Source: Patescibacteria group bacterium (GTDB taxonomy: Bacteria; Patescibacteriota; Minisyncoccia; Phycocordibacterales; WO2-35-19). Taken from it: a DNA stretch of 48,010 nt. The notes under the pieces are model-generated. The model saw nothing but the letters and a program-made list of their open reading frames with translations. It was not told the origin of the DNA and ran no database searches. A program made the translations under genes and the position numbers. Every line of letters begins with the position of its first letter. Within the stretch, counting starts at the first letter, position 1. Shown here in pieces: positions 20,981-29,200 of the stretch. The stretch spans positions 1 to 48,010 of the forward strand of contig JBBTQO010000015.1 in NCBI GenBank assembly GCA_038065655.1. The letters are read 5' to 3'.

Positions 20981-21565
20981 TTAGCGAAGTGGGACATACA
21001 CCACTCCTTTTCCTGTTTTTCCGACTTGTCTAATTTTACCTTCTTTTTCTAGTATTTCTAAGTATCGTGTGGCGGTAGCATCAGAAACATGAAGAAGTTT
21101 CTCTACTTCGTCATTGGTGATCTTTGGGTTTTCAGAAAATAAAGTCAGAATCTCATCAATTTTCTTTATCTTCTTATTTTGCCTTGTGAGGTTGGCTTTT
21201 TCTAGATTTTCTTGCCTCTGTTCTTTTCTGTTCTTTTAATGGCTCATTTCCTGCCATTTGAGCCGTTGCGGGTTCTTGGGTGAAAGAGGTAGGAGGTGCA
21301 TAATTTCAGTTATGGTAACAGTATCGGGAGTTTTTTCGATAGTGATGTTGGGTTTTGTTGGGTCAGTTGTGATTTGTGGGATTAGTTCAGGTTGAGGGAT
21401 TTCTTGGGTTGGGGTTATTTCGATTAAGACTGGTTCAGGAGTTTTTATTTCTTCCGGCAAAACTGGTTCTGTCGATGGTGCTTCAGGAATATTTTCCAGC
21501 GTAGGAGTAGGTTCCTGCGGAACAGGATTTTCGGAAGAAGTTGGTTGTGAAGTTTCGTCTGACAT
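20981..21565 (-). pseudogene. interrupted Pro/Glu-rich + winged-HTH (DeoR-like) protein
   Basis: ORF 21236-21565 stops at TAA; the same frame resumes with ITNDEVEKLLHVSDATATRYLEILEKEGKIRQVGKTG. Confidence 0.75.
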
Positions 21566-21599
21566 AAATATATTTTAGCAAATATGATAGTATTTTTGT

Positions 21600-21986
21600 A
21601 TGAAAGATTTTGATAATTGGAACAAGGAGAAAAAGCAAGTCAACAAAAAAGAAGTCGCCTATGATTTCTTTTATCATCCTCGTGAAGTTTGGTGGTGTGC
21701 TATTGGAGTCAATGTTGGTGTAGAAGCTGATGGCAAGCATAATAATTTTGAAAGACCGATACTTGTCATAAAAAAATTTAACAAGGATCAGTTCTGGGGA
21801 GTTCCTCTTACCTCAAACGAAAAGGTTGGCGAATTTTATCAAAAGATAAAACATGATGCAGGTATCTCATGGGCATCGTTATCTCAAATTAGAGTATTCA
21901 GTTCAAAAAGACTGCTTCGTAAGATCGGTATGATATCGGAAGATGAGTTTGAGATGATTCATAACAAGTTGAAGGGCTTGCTATAA
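21600..21986 (+). CDS. PemK/MazF-like endoribonuclease toxin (no adjacent protein antitoxin)
   Basis: KDFDNWN, REVWWCAIGVNVGVEADGK, FERPILVIKKF, GVPLTS, LSQIRVFSSKRLLRKIG. Confidence 0.85.
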   Translation: MKDFDNWNKEKKQVNKKEVAYDFFYHPREVWWCAIGVNVGVEADGKHNNFERPILVIKKFNKDQFWGVPLTSNEKVGEFYQKIKHDAGISWASLSQIRVFSSKRLLRKIGMISEDEFEMIHNKLKGLL

Positions 21987-22042
21987 AAAATCGAAACCCC
22001 ACGTCTAAGGTGGAGTTTCTCGGAGCCCGAAGGCACTAATAG
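21985..22042 (-). ncRNA. candidate ~55-nt small RNA convergent on the PemK-like gene
   Basis: Minus-strand promoter; GCC-UUCG-GGC hairpin; 10-bp terminator stem with U-run. Confidence 0.6.
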
Positions 22043-22047
22043 ATTAC

Positions 22048-22075
22048 AGTATACGCGAGCCATTATGAATGTCAA
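22048..22075 (-). promoter_or_regulatory. sigma70 promoter for the candidate sRNA
   Basis: Minus strand TTGACA (22075-22070), 16 nt, TATACT (22053-22048). Confidence 0.75.
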
Positions 22076-22203
22076 ATGAAAAAGTGGGAATTGCGGATAT
22101 TCTCGTTGGACTCTATATTTGATTGAAAACTTTCCATAACCATTTATCTTATATTGGCCCGGACACCAAAATTTCTCACCAAATCAGACAAGTCACCTTC
22201 GTG

Positions 22204-22274
22204 TTGCGGAGTTTGGATTCGCACCAAAATTTTCAGGTTATGAGCCTGACGAGTTACTATTACTCTACCCCGCA
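22204..22274 (-). tRNA. tRNA-Met(CAT), initiator-like
   Basis: TGCGGGG/CTCCGCA acceptor stem, TCAGG-CTCATAA-CCTGA anticodon arm; atypical D-loop and TGCGAAT T-loop. Confidence 0.8.
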
Positions 22275-22333
22275 ATATCTAAACATTATATACTCTTTTT
22301 GTTTTTTGGCAATTATGATAAAGTGTAAAAACT

Positions 22334-22407
22334 GTCGGGATAGCTCAGTTGGTAGTAGCACGGCATTCATAAAGCCGAGGTCGTGGGTTCGAGCCCCACT
22401 CCCGACA
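22334..22407 (+). tRNA. tRNA with CAT anticodon (elongator Met, or Ile2)
   Basis: GTCGGGA/TCCCGAC stem, TTCATAA loop, GGTTCGAGCCC T-arm. Confidence 0.85.
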
Positions 22408-22419
22408 CAAAAAGCAGAA

Positions 22420-22626
22420 TTATATTCCAAAAGTATCTAGGGTGGTTGTGTAATTGCTAATAAAAGAGGGGATGACAAACATCATGGCTATGAGCGGCAA
22501 GATAATGACTGCTATCGTGATAATACCTGTCCACATAATAATCTTTCTTGTTTTTTCAACTGACACATAAATTTCATCTATTTTCTTTTCCAAACTTACC
22601 ATTTTATTTTGAACTTCTTGATCCAT
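22420..22626 (-). CDS. small membrane protein
   Basis: LEKKIDEIYVSVEKTRK followed by a TM helix. Confidence 0.75.
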   Translation of the reverse strand: MDQEVQNKMVSLEKKIDEIYVSVEKTRKIIMWTGIITIAVIILPLIAMMFVIPSFISNYTTTLDTFGI

Positions 22627-22704
22627 ATTGAGAGATTAATAATATGGTCAAATTGTAGCATTTTTTTAAAAAATCTGTTAAATTTACTTACGCAATTATA
22701 AATT

Positions 22705-22776
22705 GCGGCTGTAGCTCAACGGTAGAGCACTCGCCTGTCACGCGAGAGGTCGTGGGGTCAGCACCCATCAGCCGCG
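22705..22776 (+). tRNA. tRNA-Asp(GTC)
   Basis: GCGGCTG/CAGCCGC stem, CTCGC-CTGTCAC-GCGAG arm, G73; atypical T-loop GTCAGCA. Confidence 0.9.
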
Positions 22777-22895
22777 CAAGATTGGACAGAATTGCGAAAT
22801 TGGCTTTTCTGTCTTACATAGATTAGGTTTTTCCAGTTCCAACCGAGAAATTTCTTTCTCGACGGCTTTTCGCTTTTTTGCGATTGATTCCAGCC

Positions 22896-23303
22896 AAATA
22901 CGCCGAGTGGAAAATTTTGTTTGATAAAATAGTCCCGCTTTTGGACGAAGAAGTGATTTTTGTAGGTCATTCTTTGGGGGGTATATTTCTGGCAAAATAC
23001 CTTTCCGAAGAAAGTTGTTCGAAAAAAGTGAAAGCGGTTTTTCTTGTGTCTGCTCCGTTCAACACCGGTAGTGAATGGGACAGGAATGTTGATTTTATTC
23101 TTCCTGAAGATATGAGCGAATTATCGAACCAGGTTGAGGATATTTTTCTGTACCACAGCAAGGATGATCCGATAGTGCCATTTTCTGACTGTTTGAATTA
23201 TAAAAAAGCTCTGCCGAGGGCTCAAGTCAAAGTATTTGAAGATAGGCAACATTTCAATCAAGAGAATTTTCCTGAAATTTTAGAAGATATAAAAAATTTA
23301 TAA
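22896..23303 (+). pseudogene. N-terminally truncated YdeN/RBBP9-type alpha/beta hydrolase
   Basis: VGHSLGG, YHSKDDPIVP and QHF retained; N-terminal ~50 aa and a proper start are absent. Confidence 0.7.
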
Positions 23304-23397
23304 AAATATGGAAATAAAATCACAGTTAACAAAATTATTTTTCCAATTTTAAATTGGAAATTTTAGAAAGTTGCTTTTCCTTAGTTAAAAATGTAAT

Positions 23398-24015
23398 ATG
23401 GATACTATGAATAAATCAGGAATAATGCTTCTTACATCAACAGGTCTTTCCAGTAAAAATGTTTATGACAAATTTGTTGAGATTAAATCTTCAAAAGATC
23501 TTGAAAAGGCAGTAATGATAACTACTGCGTCTACTGACAAAGAAAACAATCAATATAACCAAATGGGCTTATCCCAACTAAAATCGGCTGGTATTGAAGT
23601 CGTTGATTTTTATGATTTTGAAAATGACGAACTGAAAGACCTGTCTTCTTATGATGTTATCTATGTTTGTGGTGGAAATACTTTTAAACTTATGAAATTT
23701 GCTAGGGAAGCAAATTTTGATAAAGACGTAAAATCTTTACTTGAAAGGGGAGGAGTTTATATTGGAGTAAGTGCTGGTAGCCTTATTGTCGGATCATCTA
23801 TTCAAATAGCCAATGAAGTTCATCCCGATAAAAACGAAGTTGCTCTTACAGATTTCAGTGGTTTCAATATCACAAACCTTATTATTTTCCCTCATTACTC
23901 ATTAGATATTGAAGAAGAAATCAAATCCTTTGAAAATACAAACAATGTCAAAATTGAGAGAGTAGGTAACTCTCAAGCAATTCTTGTTGAAAACGGAGAA
24001 AAAGCTCTGGTTTAA
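23398..24015 (+). CDS. peptidase S51 (dipeptidase E) family protein
   Basis: ITTAS, IYVCGGNTFKL, YIGVSAGS, FPHY. Confidence 0.9.
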   Translation: MDTMNKSGIMLLTSTGLSSKNVYDKFVEIKSSKDLEKAVMITTASTDKENNQYNQMGLSQLKSAGIEVVDFYDFENDELKDLSSYDVIYVCGGNTFKLMKFAREANFDKDVKSLLERGGVYIGVSAGSLIVGSSIQIANEVHPDKNEVALTDFSGFNITNLIIFPHYSLDIEEEIKSFENTNNVKIERVGNSQAILVENGEKALV

Positions 24016-24101
24016 AATTTGACTTAATCTGAAAAATGTTTACTATTGTAGTTGGTTTGTTGGGAGTTTCCCAGCTTTGACAATTATGGTCATGAAAGGA
24101 G

Positions 24102-24863
24102 ATGAGTGTGAAAAAGCGTCTTGTGTTTATTACCGACTGCTTAGATCTAGCATACAGCGAGTTGCGCGGAACGGTGTTGTCGCAACTACACAAACTGGGC
24201 AGCGACATCAATCTGGAAATTGAACCGGTTGTGCCAGTAAAGCCATTCTCAATCATCAACGGAAGCTTCGTCTTGCGATTGATGGCTGATGCATATCCGG
24301 AAGAAACAATTTTCTCAGTCATTTTGAATCCGTTGAGAGAACGCCCGGCTCGCCTTATCGGAAAAACCAAAACCAAGAAGTTTTATTTCTTGGGAGCGAA
24401 CACGGGAGTATTCGACTGGTTCCTTAATGATTTTGGGATAGACGAATTGTATGAAATTCACGATCCCGGGTTTTTCCCGTTTGGAGGTAAATATGTGCAC
24501 GCTCCGGCGGCAACACAAATTGCTTCTGGCGGGTTACTCAGTCTGATTGGAAGTAAATTTGACTCTAGTGGTTTGGTGAAGTTGGACATACCAAACGGGA
24601 CAATTCTACACATAGACAACTTTGGCCTCATGAAATTCAGGGGTGTCCTGCCCCAATTCAGCGAAGGAGACAAACTAACCGTTGAAATTTCTGGAAATCC
24701 TTTCTCTGCCGTTTATGCCAAAAGGATGATGAGCAGAGAAACCGGAGAATGGGTTGTATACCCCGGCAGTTCTCTCGGATTACCGGAGATCGGAAAAGTG
24801 CGTCAAAATGGTGCCGAAGAAATCGGAGCCAAAGTCGGAGACGTTGTCAAAATAGTTCTATGA
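24102..24863 (+). CDS. SAM-dependent halogenase / SAM hydroxide adenosyltransferase (DUF62) homolog
   Basis: FITDC.D, YPEETIF, GANTG, FGGKYVHAPAA, ILHIDNFG, YPGSS..PEIG, IGAKVGD match the DUF62 layout. Confidence 0.8.
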   Translation: MSVKKRLVFITDCLDLAYSELRGTVLSQLHKLGSDINLEIEPVVPVKPFSIINGSFVLRLMADAYPEETIFSVILNPLRERPARLIGKTKTKKFYFLGANTGVFDWFLNDFGIDELYEIHDPGFFPFGGKYVHAPAATQIASGGLLSLIGSKFDSSGLVKLDIPNGTILHIDNFGLMKFRGVLPQFSEGDKLTVEISGNPFSAVYAKRMMSRETGEWVVYPGSSLGLPEIGKVRQNGAEEIGAKVGDVVKIVL

Positions 24864-24877
24864 ATAATCAAAAAATA

Positions 24878-24915
24878 AACCCCTAGCACCTGTCGTTGGT
24901 GTTAGGGGTCTTTTT
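24878..24915. terminator. bidirectional terminator between convergent genes
   Basis: ACCCCTAGCACC / GGTGTTAGGGGT stem with A-run before and T-run after. Confidence 0.8.
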
Positions 24916-24933
24916 GTAAAATAGGAAGCATAA

Positions 24934-26061
24934 CTACGCCTCCTTGGAGAACAATTTGCTGAACATCTCTGTTCCAAATCCGCTGGTTATAAGGTGCTCT
25001 CTTTTGCTGTTTAGCAACTTTCTTGTCCAATCACAAGCACCTCCTCCTGCTAGTTGATATCTGTCGCCGGTGGCATTATGCGCCGTCAGTTTGTAACAAA
25101 GTCCGGAGTAGTAACCAATGCCGGAACATCTGGTTAAATCAAAGTAGAAATGCACTGACGGGTACTTATTTCTGAGCGGTTCAATCATCTGTTTTTCCGT
25201 GAACTGAAGCTCTCTGATATAAGTCTCCAATTCTGGATGTGCAACAGATATGTCGCGAGCGTTATCAATTTGATCTGGTAAATCAATTGAGCAGACATCG
25301 AACAGTCTGAGTGTTTTGTCTTTTGCTCTGCGAATCACTTCTTCTCTACTGATACGACCGTCTGAGATAAGTTTTTGGACAATTCTTATGTCTGAAATTG
25401 CAACAGACAAATCTTTCGCCTCATATCCTATGTCAGGTGAACGCATCAGGAAATTAATCCAGATCTCAATATGAGCCGACAAAGAATCCAGTTCAAATTT
25501 ATTGAGACCAGCAACATCTCTAGCGGCAGAAGCGAGTGCGAAAGCTCTAAAATGAGAAGTGAGCCCAGAATTCTTCGGAAAATTTTGAATCCTGAGCGCG
25601 CGGTGACTTGTCGCCAAATGGACTTCCGAACTTTCTTTAGTGGTCCTTATCAGTCTTCTCCTGTGGGCGCATTCTACGGCCAGAGCCATACTCGAATCGC
25701 CAATCACTTCCACATTCCTTATTGTAGGCAGTACTACTTTTGGATTGAGTGTCGTAAGAGCCGAGTTGGCCCCGACTGGATTTACCGGGGATAATTCTAT
25801 TGCTGAAAAATAATCGGGAACAACTTCGTAAAGCAATCCATCAATCCCGATCATTTTCCTTTGGTCAGATTCGGCAACTGTGCTGAAGCGATTTTCTTTG
25901 TAGTTTTGCATCACATCAGCGGGACCGATATCTTCAATCCTTTTTTCAAAGATTTGAAGGAGCAAAGTGTGAAAATTTGCCCAGTTTAGATTTTTAGACG
26001 ACAACGCCTCGACAATATTTTCTATGCCGATGGCAGCAAGAATCCTGTCTACACCTTTCAT
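24934..26061 (-). CDS. class II aminoacyl-tRNA synthetase-like (HisRS/HisZ-like) catalytic-domain protein
   Basis: FDLTRCSGIGYYSGL, LAGGGACD and SGFGTE resemble the HisRS C-terminal catalytic motifs; no anticodon-binding domain. Confidence 0.6.
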   Translation of the reverse strand: MKGVDRILAAIGIENIVEALSSKNLNWANFHTLLLQIFEKRIEDIGPADVMQNYKENRFSTVAESDQRKMIGIDGLLYEVVPDYFSAIELSPVNPVGANSALTTLNPKVVLPTIRNVEVIGDSSMALAVECAHRRRLIRTTKESSEVHLATSHRALRIQNFPKNSGLTSHFRAFALASAARDVAGLNKFELDSLSAHIEIWINFLMRSPDIGYEAKDLSVAISDIRIVQKLISDGRISREEVIRRAKDKTLRLFDVCSIDLPDQIDNARDISVAHPELETYIRELQFTEKQMIEPLRNKYPSVHFYFDLTRCSGIGYYSGLCYKLTAHNATGDRYQLAGGGACDWTRKLLNSKREHLITSGFGTEMFSKLFSKEA

Positions 26062-26650
26062 TTTCCCATCTCCTCATTAAGTTGTAAATTTGCAGATTTC
26101 TGATTGTTATAATACATTTATTATTAACACTAGTCAAGATAACAAGGTAATGTCTAAAAACTTTATAAAGTTAGGCAAATATCAAAAAGTTTATAAAGTT
26201 GGCAAAGCTGTCATTTCGGCCCTACTTTTATTAAAATCTGGTATATAAAGGGCACTATTTTGGGACCTAATTGCAGTTCCAACGTCCGTGACCACGCCGC
26301 GCAAATAAAACCGCCGAAAGGCGTGTTTTTATTTGCGCGGCTGAGCAAGCCAACTGCTTGGCTTGCGTATGGGTGCTGACGGGCGCAGCCTTATTTTTGT
26401 AGCAACAAAAATGGGCGAGCCGGGGTCGCGGAAATTTTGTTTTGACGAAAACAAAATTATCTGTGACCAGCACTTCACCCATCAGCCGCGCATTGAAAAA
26501 GAACCATATTTCTGTGGTTCTTTTAGGTCTGCTGAAAGAGCGGTCATTATTAAAGCAATAACAAAATTTCCCACTAAAGCCACCTAACTATGATAGTCAA
26601 TTTTAATATTCATTCTTATATTATGATTTGTATAGAGTTATAATACAATT

Positions 26651-26936
26651 ATGGATGACTACACAAGGTTTAATCTATACGAAGCTATTTTTTGGATATT
26701 AGTTGGTATTGCTTGTTACTTTATTAATAAATATCTACCAGCTAAATACAAAAATATATCTTTATCTGCTTCCTTTGTTTTTATTTTCTTTGGTATTTCT
26801 GATTTTGTAGAGATAAAAACCCAAGGTTTTTTTTAGTCCAATTATATGGTGGTTGTTGATATGGAAGATTGTTTGCGTAGTTGCACTGATATTGATAATT
26901 ATCTGGTATCTTAAATTAAGATTAAAAAGTAACTAA
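26651..26936 (+). pseudogene. small membrane protein frameshifted at a T8 tract
   Basis: T8 at 26827-26834 gives TAG; T7 would continue SPIIWWLLIWKIVCVVALILIIIWYLKLRLKSN*. Confidence 0.7.
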
Positions 26937-27105
26937 TATGTTAGGATATAGATTGTTGTATCGTTTTTCCTTTCAAATTCAATTCTACTTCGATAAGCTC
27001 AGTATCCACAAACACCCCAGACGGGGTGTGGAGTGTTTCGGCTCTTTGCTTTTTCTAAATTTTTGATGGTATTATTTAGGTATTAATTAAAAATAATTTA
27101 AAAAT

Positions 27106-27597
27106 ATGTCTGAGTCATTTGATGATACACCACCCAAAAAACCGCCTCAGAGCGAAAAATCTAAAATTCGTTCTGAAAAAAGTGGTTCAGATGAAGATGA
27201 GATGATAAAAAATGAGATAGATAAGATAGAAGAAGATTATCTTAAATCTAAGAACGCGGAAATAGAAAATGATTACAAAGAAGAGATGGGAAAAATAAAA
27301 AATACAAGAGACAAAATAGAAAGAATCACCGCCTATATTGATGCTTATATTGGTAAACACCCAAATAAGGCTGACAAAAAAATGTCTCTGGATGAGTTTA
27401 CTGATATTGCAAACAATGAGAGCGATTTCAATACTTCAATTAGAGATTTAATAAACAAGTGGTTAGATGATCATGGGGGTAAAATTAATTTAGAAAAATC
27501 ACTCGGATTTTTTTTGAGATCTATTTGGGAAGAATGGATGGAATGTCAAAAATTGTTAGACCCAGGGCCAGAAGAACCAGGGGAAAATAAAGAATAA
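27106..27597 (+). CDS. hypothetical protein
   Basis: 163-aa charged ORF with host-like composition. Confidence 0.6.
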   Translation: MSESFDDTPPKKPPQSEKSKIRSEKSGSDEDEMIKNEIDKIEEDYLKSKNAEIENDYKEEMGKIKNTRDKIERITAYIDAYIGKHPNKADKKMSLDEFTDIANNESDFNTSIRDLINKWLDDHGGKINLEKSLGFFLRSIWEEWMECQKLLDPGPEEPGENKE

Positions 27598-27618
27598 TAT
27601 TATCAACTAATAAATTTT

Positions 27619-28020
27619 ATGCTTAGAGAATTTAAACAATTTTTGCTCCGCGGTAATGTCGTCGACCTAGCGGTCGGTGTCGTTATTGGTGCCGCTTTCG
27701 GAACCATCGTTTCAGCGCTGGTCTCTGATTTGCTTACTCCATTTATTGGGGCAATTGCCAAAGTACCTGATTTTGGAGGACTTTCGTTTACCATAAATGA
27801 CAGCCAGTTTATGTATGGACACTTTATAAATGCGTTGATATCTTTTGTATTAGTGGCCGCTGCTATATTTTTCTTTATTATTAAACCAATGAACCTCTTG
27901 ATTGCCAAATCACGCAAGGAACCACCAGCTGATCCCACTACCAAAAAATGTCATGAATGCATGAGTGAGATTCCAATAAACGCCAAAAGATGCGCCCATT
28001 GTGCCCAGGTCGTTTCTTAA
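27619..28020 (+). CDS. mscL: large-conductance mechanosensitive channel
   Basis: EFKQFLLRGNVVDLAVGVVIGAAFGTIV, YGHFINALISF; C-terminal CxxC..CxxC extension. Confidence 0.96.
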   Translation: MLREFKQFLLRGNVVDLAVGVVIGAAFGTIVSALVSDLLTPFIGAIAKVPDFGGLSFTINDSQFMYGHFINALISFVLVAAAIFFFIIKPMNLLIAKSRKEPPADPTTKKCHECMSEIPINAKRCAHCAQVVS

Positions 28021-28032
28021 ATATATTTTAAA

Positions 28033-28248
28033 TTACAGTTTGGAAATCTCCTTAAGGTCGTGATCAGGGAGATAGAGAAGTACTGCACCAAGAATTATTC
28101 CACCCAATCCAGTAAAAAGATGACTACTACCAAATACATAAATATCTATTCCATCTAAAACATACCAAATACCTCGCCAAATCAAAACTAAGCCGATGAC
28201 TATGTAAATATTTTTGGCGAAATAGACAATCAATTTTGCTGTTTTCAT
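28033..28248 (-). CDS. small two-TM membrane protein
   Basis: IGLVLIWRGIWYVLD..LLYLPDHDLKEI. Confidence 0.75.
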   Translation of the reverse strand: MKTAKLIVYFAKNIYIVIGLVLIWRGIWYVLDGIDIYVFGSSHLFTGLGGIILGAVLLYLPDHDLKEISKL

Positions 28249-28268
28249 ATGCTACTATTATAGCAAGT

Positions 28269-29183
28269 ATGAAGAAGTTACTGCAATATATTCTACTTTT
28301 TGGTTTGATTGCCACATCGGGTTATTTTATATATCAAGAAACTCTAAGTCCATGCGATAAAACACTGGAATATAGCATTGGCCGATTTGATACAGAGTTT
28401 GGGATTTCGGAGAGTGAATTTAAGTCATATATTTCTGATTCAGAAAAAGTTTGGGAAAAAGCTTTAGGTAGGCAAGTCTTTGTTTATAAACCAGAGGCAG
28501 AATTTAAGATAAATTTAATTTATGACGAAAGGCAATTGTCGACTACCCAAAAGCAAAAAACAGAATTTGGTTTATCGGCTGTAGAATATACTTTCAGGAA
28601 ACTTGATGCCGAGTTTAGCGTTTTCAAAAATAAATATGAAAGTGAGGTTGCTTCTTATGAAAGAGAGCTCTCAATATATAAAGAAAGGAAGGCTACTTAT
28701 GATGCGACGGTGTCATTTTGGAATAAAAAAGGGGGAGCACCAGCAAACGAATATCAAGCTTTAGAAACCGAGAGGAATTATTTGAATAGCGAAACTCAAA
28801 ATTTAAATAACCAAACTGCTTCAATCAATGCAATGGCCAGAGAGTTAAATACTCTTCTTCTAGAACGCAATATAAAAGCGGCTGAGTATAATAAGGTAGC
28901 TCAAAATTATAATAAAAAATACAGTGATGGTTTGGAATTTAATCAGGCCGAATACAAAAGCAGTTCGTCTTTTGGTGGGAGAGGTGAAATAAATGTCTAT
29001 CAATTTGGTAATAAAAAAGATTTAATTTTGGCTCTTTCTCATGAGCTTGGTCACGCTCTGGGTATGGGTCACACCGAAAATCCCAAATCTATAATGTATT
29101 ATTTGACCGGCATCAACACCGAAACTACCCCCACTTTATCAGCTGAGGATTTAGCTGAATTGAAAAGAGCTTGTGAAATATGA
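28269..29183 (+). CDS. matrixin-like (M10) zinc metalloprotease with coiled-coil insert
   Basis: N-terminal anchor, HELGHALGMGH zinc motif, SIMY Met-turn. Confidence 0.88.
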   Translation: MKKLLQYILLFGLIATSGYFIYQETLSPCDKTLEYSIGRFDTEFGISESEFKSYISDSEKVWEKALGRQVFVYKPEAEFKINLIYDERQLSTTQKQKTEFGLSAVEYTFRKLDAEFSVFKNKYESEVASYERELSIYKERKATYDATVSFWNKKGGAPANEYQALETERNYLNSETQNLNNQTASINAMARELNTLLLERNIKAAEYNKVAQNYNKKYSDGLEFNQAEYKSSSSFGGRGEINVYQFGNKKDLILALSHELGHALGMGHTENPKSIMYYLTGINTETTPTLSAEDLAELKRACEI

Positions 29184-29200
29184 TACCATCTCTCAAGTAA

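Larger units (their letters stand above)
22762..26492. mobile_element. degenerate genomic island integrated at tRNA-Asp
   Basis: 17-bp direct repeat CACCCATCAGCCGCGCA at 22762-22778 (tRNA 3' end) and 26476-26492; part of the cargo is GC-richer; no intact integrase. Confidence 0.75.

Noticed and set aside
21236-21238. Alternative genetic code / stop readthrough
   Set aside because: Core genes translate intact with code 11 and TGA is used as a stop (gatA, rnj); the interruptions are explained by indels.
22123-22440. 105-aa plus-strand ORF
   Set aside because: Overlaps two tRNA genes; spurious.
26267-26587. ORFs 26267-26482 (-) and 26363-26587 (+)
   Set aside because: They cross the hairpin element and att repeat; no recognisable protein features.
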